55,556 bases of DNA from an uncultured Spirochaetia bacterium (GCA_964349515.1 CAYGHG010000003.1:1-55556); one strand, 5' to 3'; counted from the first letter of the stretch, positions 1-8,934 are shown. Notes: generated by a model not told the origin, from the sequence alone. A program made the numbers and translations.

Positions 1-36
1 GCACAGCGAACGAGAAAACCCTTGAATTTAAAATGA

Positions 37-69
37 AAAAGCCCTTCTCCTTGTTAGAAGAAGGGCTTT
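37..69 (-). terminator. Intrinsic terminator after tRNA-Asp
   Basis: Inverted repeat AAAGCCCTTCT / AGAAGGGCTTT; on the minus strand it is followed by a T-rich tract, just 3' of tRNA-Asp. Confidence 0.75.
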
Positions 70-77
70 CCATTCAA

Positions 78-154
78 TGGCGGGAGTGACGGGGCTCGAA
101 CCCGCGGCCTCCTGCGTGACAGGCAGGCGCTCTAACCGACTGAGCTACACCCCC
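78..154 (-). tRNA. tRNA-Asp(GTC)
   Basis: Reverse complement folds as a cloverleaf: acceptor GGGGGTG/CACTCCC, anticodon loop CT-GTC-AC, T-loop GGTTCGAGCCC, encoded CCA. Confidence 0.97.
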
Positions 155-236
155 GCAACTTTTATTATTGCGGTTAAGAACTTTAAAACGGCTTACATCC
201 TATACTTTAAATTCATTGTTTTCAAGTACTTTTTAA

Positions 237-474
237 TGTCCTATATATTAATATTTTCCAAGCTTGCTGTCTATTCTCGATTTTCGATTCCCGACCTTTA
301 TAGCCTATGTCCTGATATTAATATCTTCCGAGCCTGCTGTCTATTCTCGATTTTCGATTCTCAGTCCTGCAGTCTTAAAGTCTTCACTACCGAAAATCGA
401 CCGTCGCCTCTCACCTTCACGCGTCTCGTTCTTTTCCTTCGTAGTATTTCTCGAATCTCGATTTTCGATTCTCT
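237..474. repeat. ~60-bp direct duplication (period 70) with TT(C/T)TCGA heptamer arrays in the Asp-Tyr tRNA spacer
   Basis: ATATTAATAT..AGC(T/C)TGCTGTCTATTCTCGATTTTCGATTC at ~245-290 and ~315-360; further heptamer run at 448-474; inverted copy CGAAAATCGA at 391-400. Confidence 0.85.
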
Positions 475-504
475 ACCATTTTTTCCTCCTCAAGGAGGAA
501 AAAA

Positions 505-590
505 TGGTGGGGAGAGATGGATTCGAACCATCGAAGGCATAAGCCAACAGATTTACAGTCTGCCCCGTTTAGCCGCTCTGGAATCTCCCC
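505..590 (-). tRNA. tRNA-Tyr(GTA)
   Basis: Cloverleaf with long variable arm, acceptor GGGGAGA/TCTCCCC, anticodon loop CT-GTA-AA, GGTTCGAATCC, encoded CCA. Confidence 0.97.
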
Positions 591-619
591 ACAGCATTTA
601 AGTTAACATCTGTATTTAG

Positions 620-660
620 TCTACTGTTCACAGTCTACAGTTTACAGTTAAGACCAACTG
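620..660. repeat. T(C/T)TACAG heptamer array in the Tyr-Thr tRNA spacer
   Basis: tctactg-ttcacag-tctacag-tttacag-tt followed by a short inverted aactg. Confidence 0.7.
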
Positions 661-728
661 CTTTATAAGAACTAATCTCGCTCTCTATCTCCATCTATTG
701 CTCTGTTTTTCACCGCAAGGTGAAAAAC

Positions 729-804
729 TGGAGCTGGCGAGTGGACTTGAACCACCGACCTACTGATTACAAATCAGTTGCTCTACCGACTGAGCTACGC
801 CAGC
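729..804 (-). tRNA. tRNA-Thr(TGT)
   Basis: Cloverleaf, 5' end GCTGGCG pairing with the 3' acceptor strand, anticodon loop TT-TGT-AA, GGTTCAAGTCC, encoded CCA. Confidence 0.96.
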
Positions 805-806
805 CC

Positions 807-860
807 TGCAAGTACAGGTTACAAGTTTCAGGTTTCAAGTTTCATGTAAAAAACTGGAAC
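807..860. repeat. T(A/T)CA(A/G)GT heptamer array between tRNA-Thr and rlmB
   Basis: tacaggt-tacaagt-ttcaggt-ttcaagt-ttcatgt, then a degenerate inverted aactggaac. Confidence 0.75.
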
Positions 861-924
861 AAGTCCTGTTGTTTTTAAGAGCTTTTCATTCGTTTTACTG
901 CTAATTTCGCACTACTGCTAATTC

Positions 925-1656
925 CTATTTTGTCTTACTGTTAATTGTCTTTCTTAAGCGTTCGTGGAACGCTACTGCGGCGGCGTTAGACACGTTAAGT
1001 GAGTCCAGTTTTCCTGCCTGCCTTATTTTAACCAAAAAATCGCAGTTTTTCTTTACGAGCTGCCGGAGTCCCCTGCCTTCGTTGCCGAGGACTATGGCTG
1101 TTTTGCGGTCAAAATCCGTCTCGTCTATGAATTTTTCGGCCTGCAAATCAAGTCCGTATATCCAAAAACCCGCTTCTTTCAGCTGTTCAAGGGCCAGGTT
1201 TATGTTGCTGACCCTTATTATGTCAATAAACTCAACAGCCCCGCTTGACGCCTTAAAGGCCGCATCATTCAGCGGAGCTGACCTGTCACGAGCCAAAATT
1301 ATACCACAAACACCAAAAACTTCGCAACTCCTTATTATGGCGCCAAAGTTGTGCGGATCCTCAATTTCGTCAAGCACAGCCACGGTCTGCATCTCATCAT
1401 TTTTATGCTTTTCAAAGAATTCCTCAATCGAAAAATCCTTTATGCCTTCGGTATTTGCGGCCATTCCCTGGTTTTTATCCGTGCCGGTAATCTTTGCGAG
1501 TATGTGTTTTTCGCTCAGTTTTACCTTTATTCCCTTATTGGCCGCGTCGTTTAATATGTCGTCCGCATCCTTTATCCCTTTTAGTGCGTGAATCTCATAA
1601 ATCTTCCTGCCGCTTTTTAGTACTTCCCTTATCACATTCCTTCCATAGAGCCACAT
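925..1656 (-). CDS. rlmB: 23S rRNA (guanosine-2'-O)-methyltransferase RlmB (SpoU/TrmH family)
   Basis: LYGRNV N-terminus, DPHNFGAIIRS, VLGNEGRGL, SLNVSNAA SPOUT motifs; follows cysS. Confidence 0.93.
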   Translation of the reverse strand: MWLYGRNVIREVLKSGRKIYEIHALKGIKDADDILNDAANKGIKVKLSEKHILAKITGTDKNQGMAANTEGIKDFSIEEFFEKHKNDEMQTVAVLDEIEDPHNFGAIIRSCEVFGVCGIILARDRSAPLNDAAFKASSGAVEFIDIIRVSNINLALEQLKEAGFWIYGLDLQAEKFIDETDFDRKTAIVLGNEGRGLRQLVKKNCDFLVKIRQAGKLDSLNVSNAAAVAFHERLRKTINSKTK

Positions 1657-1657
1657 T

Positions 1658-3079
1658 TTATTTATCCGCCGTTACAGAGGTGCCGAGCGGCCTGAACTTG
1701 ACCGCATAGCCCGCCTCTGTCAGTTTTTTCTTCAGTTCATCAGACTCAGCGTATTTTTTTGCGTCCCGCAGGGTATCTATCTGCCTCACCATCTCTGCTA
1801 TGGCATCAGGCAGCTCTTTTACCGCCGGGTCAACCCCGAGCACGGCACACAGGGTATTTATCCATCCGTAGTACCCTTCAAAGAGTTTCCTGGATGCGCC
1901 ATTGATCGCGAGCTCCTTTGAAGAGAGCGCCTTTTTCACGTAAGAAACCGCGTCATATATGACCGCGACTGCCTTTGGAGTATTAAAATCGTCGTCAAGC
2001 GACTCATTGAACCTCGCAATACTCTTTGCCTTTTCTTCTTCAAAAGAAGAAAAAAGTCCCGTAAATGTTTCCTCTGACGCTTCTTTCGGGTTTGAAATGT
2101 ACTGTCTTAACTCAGAGAGCGTAAAACGTATTTCGTCATGCCCCTTTTTGACCGAATCAATGTTTTCATAGGAAAAATCCAGCGGCCCTCTGTAGTGTGC
2201 AGACAGGATGAACATCCTTATAACTTCAGCGGTGTAGTCGTTTAGAATATCGCGTATGAATATGAAGTTGCCCTTTGACTTGCTCATTTTTTCGCCTTTA
2301 ATATTCATGTAGCCTACGTGCATCCAGTAATTGGCAAAGACGCACCCGTTTGCAGCCTCTGACTGCGCTATTTCATTTTCGTGGTGGGGAAATATCAGGT
2401 CAGCTCCTCCGCCGTGTATGTCAAAGGTATTATCAAGATATTTAGAAGACATCGCCGAGCACTCAATGTGCCACCCCGGCCTGCCTGCGCCCCACGGCGA
2501 ATCCCAGAAAGGCTCGCCGGGTTTTGAAAACTTCCACAGCGCAAAATCCAGCGGGCTTTTTTTCTCTTCATCCACCTCAACGCGCGCGCCCTGCTGGAGC
2601 TCCTCTATATTTTTTTTCGAAAGTTTGCCGTACCCCTCAAAACTGCCCACGCTGAAATAAACACCGTGTTTGGAAACGTATGCATGGGTTTTTTCTATGA
2701 GCCCGGATATTATCTCCAGCATTTTGGGTATCTCTTCAGTAGCCCGGGGGCTGACGTCAGGCGGGGTGATTTTCAGCTTTTTAATATCCTCAAGATACGC
2801 GTCAGTATAGGTCTTTGCTATTACATCCCAGGAAGTCCCTTCTTCCGCGCCTTTTTTTATTATCTTGTCGTCTATGTCGGTTATGTTCTGCACAAAAGTA
2901 ACGTTTAGCCCGCGGTATTTCAGATAGCGCCTGAAGGCGTCAAATACAATAAATACGCGCGAGTTGCCGATATGAAAGTAATTGTAAACCGTGGGGCCGC
3001 AGGCATATATCCTGACCGAGCCTTCTGTTACAGGCTTAAACTCCTCCACCCTGGCGGTCATTGTATTGTATAGTTTCAT
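1658..3079 (-). CDS. cysS: Cysteine--tRNA ligase
   Basis: YACGPTVY, HIGN, GRPGWHIECSAM, HGGGADLIFPHHENE, KMSKS. Confidence 0.98.
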   Translation of the reverse strand: MKLYNTMTARVEEFKPVTEGSVRIYACGPTVYNYFHIGNSRVFIVFDAFRRYLKYRGLNVTFVQNITDIDDKIIKKGAEEGTSWDVIAKTYTDAYLEDIKKLKITPPDVSPRATEEIPKMLEIISGLIEKTHAYVSKHGVYFSVGSFEGYGKLSKKNIEELQQGARVEVDEEKKSPLDFALWKFSKPGEPFWDSPWGAGRPGWHIECSAMSSKYLDNTFDIHGGGADLIFPHHENEIAQSEAANGCVFANYWMHVGYMNIKGEKMSKSKGNFIFIRDILNDYTAEVIRMFILSAHYRGPLDFSYENIDSVKKGHDEIRFTLSELRQYISNPKEASEETFTGLFSSFEEEKAKSIARFNESLDDDFNTPKAVAVIYDAVSYVKKALSSKELAINGASRKLFEGYYGWINTLCAVLGVDPAVKELPDAIAEMVRQIDTLRDAKKYAESDELKKKLTEAGYAVKFRPLGTSVTADK

Positions 3080-3112
3080 GTACTTCCGGCTCCTTTAAAG
3101 TAGTTTGCTTTT

Positions 3113-3310
3113 TGACTCAATGGTCTCACGGTACTACCTGTCTCAACGGTCTCAGGGTACTGACTGACTCAATGGTCTCAGGTTACTGACTGACTCAATG
3201 GTCTCAGGTTACTGCCTGACTCAATGGTCTCAGGTTACTGACTGACTCAATGGTCTCAGGTTACTGCCTGACTCAATGGTCTCAGGTTACTGACTGACTC
3301 AATGGTCTCA
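3113..3310. repeat. 26-bp tandem repeat, ~7.6 copies (TGACTCAATGGTCTCAGGTTACTG[A/C]C)
   Basis: Units start at 3113, 3139, 3165, 3191, 3217, 3243, 3269 and 3295 (partial); no spacers; units 3-7 alternate GAC/GCC ends. Confidence 0.97.
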
Positions 3311-3325
3311 ATGGAAAAAAACTGC

Positions 3326-3388
3326 ACTGAGTCCGCTGAGTCCGTTGAGTCCGTTGAGTCCACTGAGTCCGTTGAGTCCATTGAGTCC
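3326..3388. repeat. 9-bp tandem repeat x7 (NNTGAGTCC), inverted relative to the 26-mer core
   Basis: TGAGTCC at 3328, 3337, 3346, 3355, 3364, 3373 and 3382; reverse complement of ATTGAGTC is GACTCAAT of the 26-mer. Confidence 0.95.
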
Positions 3389-3392
3389 AATT

Positions 3393-3869
3393 CTAGATTT
3401 CCACTAAAAGCACTACAGCATACGCCGCCATTCCTTCTTTTCTCCCCGTAAAACCCATGCCTTCCTCGGTGGTGGCTTTTACTCCCAGCTGTCCGGCGCT
3501 GACGCCGAGTATACCGGAAAGCGTCTCTTTAATCTTTTCTATGTGTGGCGATATTTTCGGCTCTTCAGCCACTATTATCATGTCAGCGTTTGAAATCGTG
3601 TATCCTTCCGCGCTTATGAGCTTTACGGTTTCTTTCAGTAGTTCCGTGCTTCTTATTCCTTTAAACTTCTCATCCTTGTCGGAAAAATAGTACCCGATAT
3701 CGCGAAGGCCGGCAGCTCCCAGCATGGCGTCCATCAAAGCATGTGTGAGCACATCAGCGTCAGAGTGTCCGAGCAGCCCTGTGCCGTTGTTTTCTATTTC
3801 CACCCCGCCGACATAGAGTTTCCTGCCCTTTGCAAATTTGTGGACGTCATACCCGTTTCCTATCCTCAC
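3393..3869 (-). CDS. ispF: 2-C-methyl-D-erythritol 2,4-cyclodiphosphate synthase
   Basis: RIGNGYDVH, GHSDADVLTHA, KATTEEGMGFTGRKEG. Confidence 0.98.
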   Translation of the reverse strand: MRIGNGYDVHKFAKGRKLYVGGVEIENNGTGLLGHSDADVLTHALMDAMLGAAGLRDIGYYFSDKDEKFKGIRSTELLKETVKLISAEGYTISNADMIIVAEEPKISPHIEKIKETLSGILGVSAGQLGVKATTEEGMGFTGRKEGMAAYAVVLLVEI

Positions 3870-4552
3870 GATTTACCTCCGCGCAGACCTTCGAGAGCTT
3901 TTAGGTCTTCCTTTGTCGTAACCTTGATGTTTAAAACATCGTCGTCTACTGCCGCCACCTTGTACCCCGCAGCCTCAAACATAAAAGCCTCGTCAGTGGG
4001 TTTTAACTTTTCTATTTTTTTCGAATCATACAGCCGGCAGAGCTCTGAGTACCGGAAACACTGCGGCGTGTGCGAAGTCCTCAGGTGTTCCCTGTCCAGG
4101 GTCTTCACGACAAGCCCGCCGTAGACGAGCTTTACCGTCGGGAAGACCCTGTTCACAGGTATCACCGCATGCTCTGTTTCAAGCATTTCTATCATTTTCT
4201 TGAGCAGGGGTCCGTTAAAAAAAGGCCTCGCTCCGTCATGTATTGAAACAGTTTCAGGCTTATGGTTTTTCAGAAAATCCAGGGCGTTTTTCACCGAATT
4301 AAACCGCTCCTGCCCGCCTTCTGTCACGGCAATGACTTTTTTCAGGCGGTATTTTTTTACAATACCTTTTACCTTATTAATGTATGGCTTTGCCGCGACA
4401 ATGACCAATGCTTCAATTTCTTTCGCCTTTTCAAATGCAAGAGCCGCATGGGCAAGTATTTCTTTGCCCCTGAACTTTGCATACTGTTTGGGAAGCGCGG
4501 ACTTAAACCTTTTTCCGCGCCCCGCGGCTACTATGACGGCTGCGTGCTTCAA
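3866..4552 (-). CDS. ispD: 2-C-methyl-D-erythritol 4-phosphate cytidylyltransferase
   Basis: VAAGRGKR..PKQY, GGQERFNSV, IHDGARPF, HTPQCF, KVTT. Confidence 0.96.
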   Translation of the reverse strand: MKHAAVIVAAGRGKRFKSALPKQYAKFRGKEILAHAALAFEKAKEIEALVIVAAKPYINKVKGIVKKYRLKKVIAVTEGGQERFNSVKNALDFLKNHKPETVSIHDGARPFFNGPLLKKMIEMLETEHAVIPVNRVFPTVKLVYGGLVVKTLDREHLRTSHTPQCFRYSELCRLYDSKKIEKLKPTDEAFMFEAAGYKVAAVDDDVLNIKVTTKEDLKALEGLRGGKS

Positions 4553-5446
4553 TTAATTGTTGTTCCCTTCGCTTTTATTACCGGATTCCTGCGGTGCAGG
4601 AGCCTGGGTGTTTTGTTCCTGTTTTACTTCAGGCTGATTGGGCCTGTTGTCAGGCCTGTTGTTTCTGCTTCCGCCGCGTTTCTTAAAGAACCTGAATTTG
4701 CCGCGCTTGTCGTTTGTTTTTCCCTGCGGCCTGCCCTGATTCTGCGCCTCGCCCTGCAGGTATTTCGCGAATATCATCCTGCCCGCGTCTGTCTGCAGCA
4801 CGTTGGTGACGGTGACATCTATCTGCCTGTTGAGCATTTTCTTGGCGTTATCAACTACAATCATGGTGCCGTCAGGCATGTAGGCAATGCCCTGCTCGCG
4901 CTCCCTGCCTTCTTTCATTATCTTGACGCTTATTTTCTCGCCCGGAAGAAAGCTCGGCTTGATGGAGTTTGACAGGTCGTTGATGTTTAAAACCCTGATG
5001 CCCTGTATTTCGGCGATTTTGTTCAGGTTGTAGTCGTTTGTGATGATGCTCGCATTCAGTTCACGCGCGAGCTCCACTAACTTTTCGTCTACTTTGTTGG
5101 TATGTTTATAATCGTTGTCAACAATCTCCACGGTTATGCCGGGTATTTTCCTGAAATCATTAAGAATGTCAAGCCCCCTGCGCCCCTTGTTGCGCTTCAT
5201 GTTGTCCTGCGAGTCTGCGATGAGCTGCAGTTCATGAAGCACGAATTTCGGCACTATCAGCGCGCCTTCCAGAAACCCCGTGCGCGCTATCTCATTTAAC
5301 CTGCCGTCAATTATGACGCTTGTATCAACCAGCTTTTTGGAAAGATTCGCCCTCGCGAACTTTATCCTGTAAATGACTGCCTGTATTACAATAATGAGCA
5401 GAAACAATGACGCGGCGCCTGCCGCGATGTAAAATTCCGTAGTCAT
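4553..5446 (-). CDS. PIN/TRAM domain membrane protein (YacL-like)
   Basis: N-terminal TM helix, VDTSVIIDGR, RGRRGLDIL, TNDYNL, GIAYMPDGTMIVV; conserved radA-yacL-ispD context; low-complexity tail. Confidence 0.92.
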   Translation of the reverse strand: MTTEFYIAAGAASLFLLIIVIQAVIYRIKFARANLSKKLVDTSVIIDGRLNEIARTGFLEGALIVPKFVLHELQLIADSQDNMKRNKGRRGLDILNDFRKIPGITVEIVDNDYKHTNKVDEKLVELARELNASIITNDYNLNKIAEIQGIRVLNINDLSNSIKPSFLPGEKISVKIMKEGREREQGIAYMPDGTMIVVDNAKKMLNRQIDVTVTNVLQTDAGRMIFAKYLQGEAQNQGRPQGKTNDKRGKFRFFKKRGGSRNNRPDNRPNQPEVKQEQNTQAPAPQESGNKSEGNNN

Positions 5447-5495
5447 ATTCGTGTACCTCCTTTCTTTAAAATTTTACTCCTGTTTTTGTTCCTAA

Positions 5496-5529
5496 CCCCC
5501 TTTGCCCGGAAAGGGGGGCAGGGGGGATT
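5496..5529 (+). repeat. REP-like GC hairpin element CCCCCTTT..AAAGGGGGG-CAGGGGGGATT
   Basis: Intergenic hairpin CCCCCTTT gcccgg AAAGGGGG followed by the G-rich tail GGGGGGATT. Confidence 0.6.
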
Positions 5530-5543
5530 GCTTTTAGTCTTTG

Positions 5544-5633
5544 TTTCAAGTTTCAAGTTTCAAGTTTCAAGTCTAAACCTTTACACCTTCACACTTTACA
5601 CCTTTACACTTTAATCTTTACACCTTTACACTC
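5544..5633. repeat. Two abutting short-unit arrays: (TTTCAAG)x4 and CTTTACA(C) 7/8-mers
   Basis: tttcaag at 5544, 5551, 5558 and 5565; ctttacac/ctttaca units from 5579 to 5633. Confidence 0.9.
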
Positions 5634-5637
5634 GTTG

Positions 5638-6990
5638 TTAAAAATCCATTATCTTTCTCAGCTCTTCCACGCTTCCTATCTCAGTTACTTCCATTCCTTT
5701 GGTTTTTACACCGCTTCTTTTGGGGATTATGCATTTTGCAAAACCCATTCTCGTGGCCTCTGCCACGCGTTCTTCCATCATGTGCACAGGCCTTACCTCA
5801 CCGTCTAATCCCAGCTCTCCTATGAATGCCCATTTGGTAGGCAGAGGCACCGACCGGAAGCTTGAATACACGGCAGCGGCTATGCCTAAATCGGCCGCTG
5901 TCTCAAATACTTTTATTCCGCCTGCGACGTTCATGAAGACGTCCTGATTCTCCATGCTCAAATCCATCATTTTTTCAAGTATCGCAATTATCAAAAGTAC
6001 CCTATTGTAGTCTATTCCCGTAACAGTCCTCTGCGGCATGCCGAAATTACGCCTTGCCGTCAGGGCCTGTATTTCAAGAAGCATGGGCCTCGTTCCTTCC
6101 AGTACTGTCACTATGGCGCTGCCTGTTTTCTGCTCTTTAATATTTTCAAGAAGCATCTTCGAAGGGCTCATTACCTCTGTAATGCCCGCAGACCCCATCT
6201 CAAACACACCTATTTCATTTGTCGAGCCAAAGCGGTTTTTGACAGCCCTCAGTATCTTAAACCTGTAGTAGTTCTCGGATTCAAAATACATTACCGCGTC
6301 CACCATGTGCTCGAGCGTCTTAGGCCCGGCTATTGAGCCGTCTTTTGTCACGTGCCCGACTATCAAAACCGGTATGCCGCTTTTTTTTGCCGCATACATC
6401 AGGTGCGCGCAGCTCTCACGGACCTGGTTAACCCCGCCTGCCGCTGAGTCTATGTCTTCCTTATATACAGTCTGTATCGAATCTATTATTACAAGCCCCG
6501 GTTTTTCTGATTCCATCAGGGCTGCGATTTTTTCCACGCCTGTTTCTGTCACAACGTACAGTTTTTCAGAATCCGCGCCTATCCTGTCTGCCCTCATTTT
6601 TATCTGCTCAAGCGATTCCTCGCCCGACACATACAGCCCCTTTATGCCCGCTTTGGCGGCTCTGTCTGCGATGGTCAGCGCGAGAGTTGACTTGCCCGCG
6701 CCGGGCTCGCCGCCCAACAGCACAAGCGAGCCTTTTACAATCCCGCCGCCAAAGACGCGGTCTACCTCTCCGATGCCTGTCTTTATCCTGTCGCGCTCTA
6801 TGCTTCCCACGTCCTTTAGCGCGCTTACCGCTCCCGCGTCAAAGCGCCTGTGAGAGCGCTCTTTTAGGGGCTCTTTTTCCTCTGTTTCCTCGCTGAAAGA
6901 GTTAAACTCCCCGCATGACGGGCATTTGCCGAGCCACTTTGCGGAGTTATAGCCGCATGAAGCGCAGGCAAAAAATGTTTTCTTTTTCAA
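5638..6990 (-). CDS. radA: DNA repair protein RadA/Sms
   Basis: CxxC-GKCPSC zinc finger, GGEPGAGKST Walker A, KNRFG motif, C-terminal Lon-like domain. Confidence 0.98.
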   Translation of the reverse strand: MKKKTFFACASCGYNSAKWLGKCPSCGEFNSFSEETEEKEPLKERSHRRFDAGAVSALKDVGSIERDRIKTGIGEVDRVFGGGIVKGSLVLLGGEPGAGKSTLALTIADRAAKAGIKGLYVSGEESLEQIKMRADRIGADSEKLYVVTETGVEKIAALMESEKPGLVIIDSIQTVYKEDIDSAAGGVNQVRESCAHLMYAAKKSGIPVLIVGHVTKDGSIAGPKTLEHMVDAVMYFESENYYRFKILRAVKNRFGSTNEIGVFEMGSAGITEVMSPSKMLLENIKEQKTGSAIVTVLEGTRPMLLEIQALTARRNFGMPQRTVTGIDYNRVLLIIAILEKMMDLSMENQDVFMNVAGGIKVFETAADLGIAAAVYSSFRSVPLPTKWAFIGELGLDGEVRPVHMMEERVAEATRMGFAKCIIPKRSGVKTKGMEVTEIGSVEELRKIMDF

Positions 6991-7003
6991 AATATTCTTC
7001 CCC

Positions 7004-8920
7004 TTATATCCCTATTGCCCTGGTTTTTATTTTATCAAGCACGCCGTTCATGAACCCGTCAAAATCCACTCCCTTTGTCTCTTCTCCGGTACGCAGGCGC
7101 ACAGACACAGTCCTGTCCTGCACTTCCTTGTCTCCGATTATCAGCATGTAGGGGGTTTTATTCATTGCCGCTTTTCTTATTTTGGCCCCTATCTTTTCAT
7201 TTTCGTCATCAAGCGAAACCCTGATGCCTGCTGATTTCAGTTTCAAAACCAGCTCGCGTGCGAACTCATCGCTTCTTTGCGTAATGGTCAGCACGCTTAC
7301 CTGCTCGGGCGAGAGCCATACCGGAAAAGCGCCCTTGTAGTGTTCTATCAGCACGCCGAAGAAACGCTCAAGCGACCCCATCAGCGCGCGGTGTATCATT
7401 ATGGCGCGGTGGTCGGCACCGTCTTTTCCCGTATAGTCAATACTGAATCTCTCGGGCAGGGCAAAATCCACCTGTATTGTGGAGCACTGCCACGTCCTGT
7501 TTAAGGCGTCCTTTATCTTTATGTCAATCTTGGGCCCGTAAAACGCGCCTCCGCCCTCATCAACCTGATATTTTAACTCAGCTTTAGCGAGCGCGGCTTT
7601 AAGTGCTGCCTGCGCTTTATCCCATATTTCATCTGAGCCAATGTGTTCATCAGGCTTGGTGCTTAAATAAACCTCGAACTCGCTGAAACCAAAGGTCTTT
7701 AAAATAAACATCACGAAATTAAGGGCGCTGATTATCTCCTCTTCCACCTGGTCCTCGCGGCAGAAAATATGAGCGTCATCCTGTGTAAATCCGCGCACGC
7801 GCAGCAGGCCGTGCAGGACGCCGGATTTTTCATATCTGTAAACCGTGCCGAGCTCTGCCCAGCGCAGCGGCAGGTCGCGGTAGCTCTTTGGCGTGTTTTT
7901 GTACATTAATATGTGAAAGGGGCAGTTCATGGGTTTGAGCTGGTACTGCATCTCGTCAATATCCATAGTGTCAAACATGTTTGCCCTGTAAAAGCCGGTG
8001 TGGCCCGAGGTGTTCCACAGGTCAATTTTAGCAATGTGAGGGGAGAATACTATGTCGTAACCGTTTTTAATGTGTTCGTTCCGCCAGAAATCCTCCATCT
8101 CTTTTCTGACCATGCCGCCCTTGGGGTGCCAGTAAATCAAGCCCGCGCCAAACTCGTCGTGCGTGGAAAACAAATCAAGCTCGCGTCCGATTTTTCTATG
8201 GTCGCGCTGTTTTGCCTCTTCCATCCTTTTTAAATATTCATCCAGCTGCTCCTGAGACGGAAAAGTAATCCCGTATATTCTCTGCAGCATCTTGTTCTTT
8301 TCGTCACCGCGCCAGTATGCGCCGGCGAGTTTCATCAGCTTTACCGCTTTTATCTTTTTTGAATATGTGACATGGGGCCCGCGGCACAGGTCAACGAAGT
8401 TTTCTGTTTTATAAATCGATACGGACGGGTCTTTTATGGCTTCAAGTATCTCAAGTTTGTAGTTTTCTCCCATGTCCGCGAACATTTTTTTGGCATCCGC
8501 AACAGACATTTCCTCCCTTTTAAAAGGGTGGTTTTCCTTTGACACCTTTTTCATCTCTTCTTCTATCTTTACCAGATCATCTTCCGTAAACGGCTTGTCC
8601 CTGTCAAAATCATAATAAAACCCCTCATCTATTGCGGGGCCTATGGTCACCTCTACCTCGGGAAAAAGCCTCTTTACCGCAACAGCCATAACGTGCGAGC
8701 TCGAATGCCAGTATATTTCGCGGCCCTCAGGATCGTCAAATGTCAGGGCTTTAAGCTCGCCCGCTTCGTTTAAAGGCGCGCCCATGTCGAGATGCCTTCC
8801 GTTCAATGAAACTGCAAGAACGCCCTCTTTCTCTATTCCTGTATTTTTCAGGAAATCAGAGGCGCGTACGCCCGTTTCAGTTTCAAATTCCCGTCCTTCA
8901 TATTGTATCTTAATCGCCAT
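7004..8920 (-). CDS. thrS: Threonine--tRNA ligase
   Basis: TGS domain, HSSSHVMA, DLCRGPH, RDHRKIG, KPMNCP, RVRGFTQDDAH, AFYGPKID. Confidence 0.99.
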   Translation of the reverse strand: MAIKIQYEGREFETETGVRASDFLKNTGIEKEGVLAVSLNGRHLDMGAPLNEAGELKALTFDDPEGREIYWHSSSHVMAVAVKRLFPEVEVTIGPAIDEGFYYDFDRDKPFTEDDLVKIEEEMKKVSKENHPFKREEMSVADAKKMFADMGENYKLEILEAIKDPSVSIYKTENFVDLCRGPHVTYSKKIKAVKLMKLAGAYWRGDEKNKMLQRIYGITFPSQEQLDEYLKRMEEAKQRDHRKIGRELDLFSTHDEFGAGLIYWHPKGGMVRKEMEDFWRNEHIKNGYDIVFSPHIAKIDLWNTSGHTGFYRANMFDTMDIDEMQYQLKPMNCPFHILMYKNTPKSYRDLPLRWAELGTVYRYEKSGVLHGLLRVRGFTQDDAHIFCREDQVEEEIISALNFVMFILKTFGFSEFEVYLSTKPDEHIGSDEIWDKAQAALKAALAKAELKYQVDEGGGAFYGPKIDIKIKDALNRTWQCSTIQVDFALPERFSIDYTGKDGADHRAIMIHRALMGSLERFFGVLIEHYKGAFPVWLSPEQVSVLTITQRSDEFARELVLKLKSAGIRVSLDDENEKIGAKIRKAAMNKTPYMLIIGDKEVQDRTVSVRLRTGEETKGVDFDGFMNGVLDKIKTRAIGI

Positions 8921-8934
8921 AGCAATCCTCCGTA

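Noticed and set aside
77-601. 174-aa and 92-aa plus-strand ORFs
   Set aside because: Antisense to tRNA-Asp and tRNA-Tyr and running through low-complexity repeats; no protein-like features.
3113-3310. CRISPR array
   Set aside because: Repeats are directly tandem with no unique spacers, and no cas genes are in the window.
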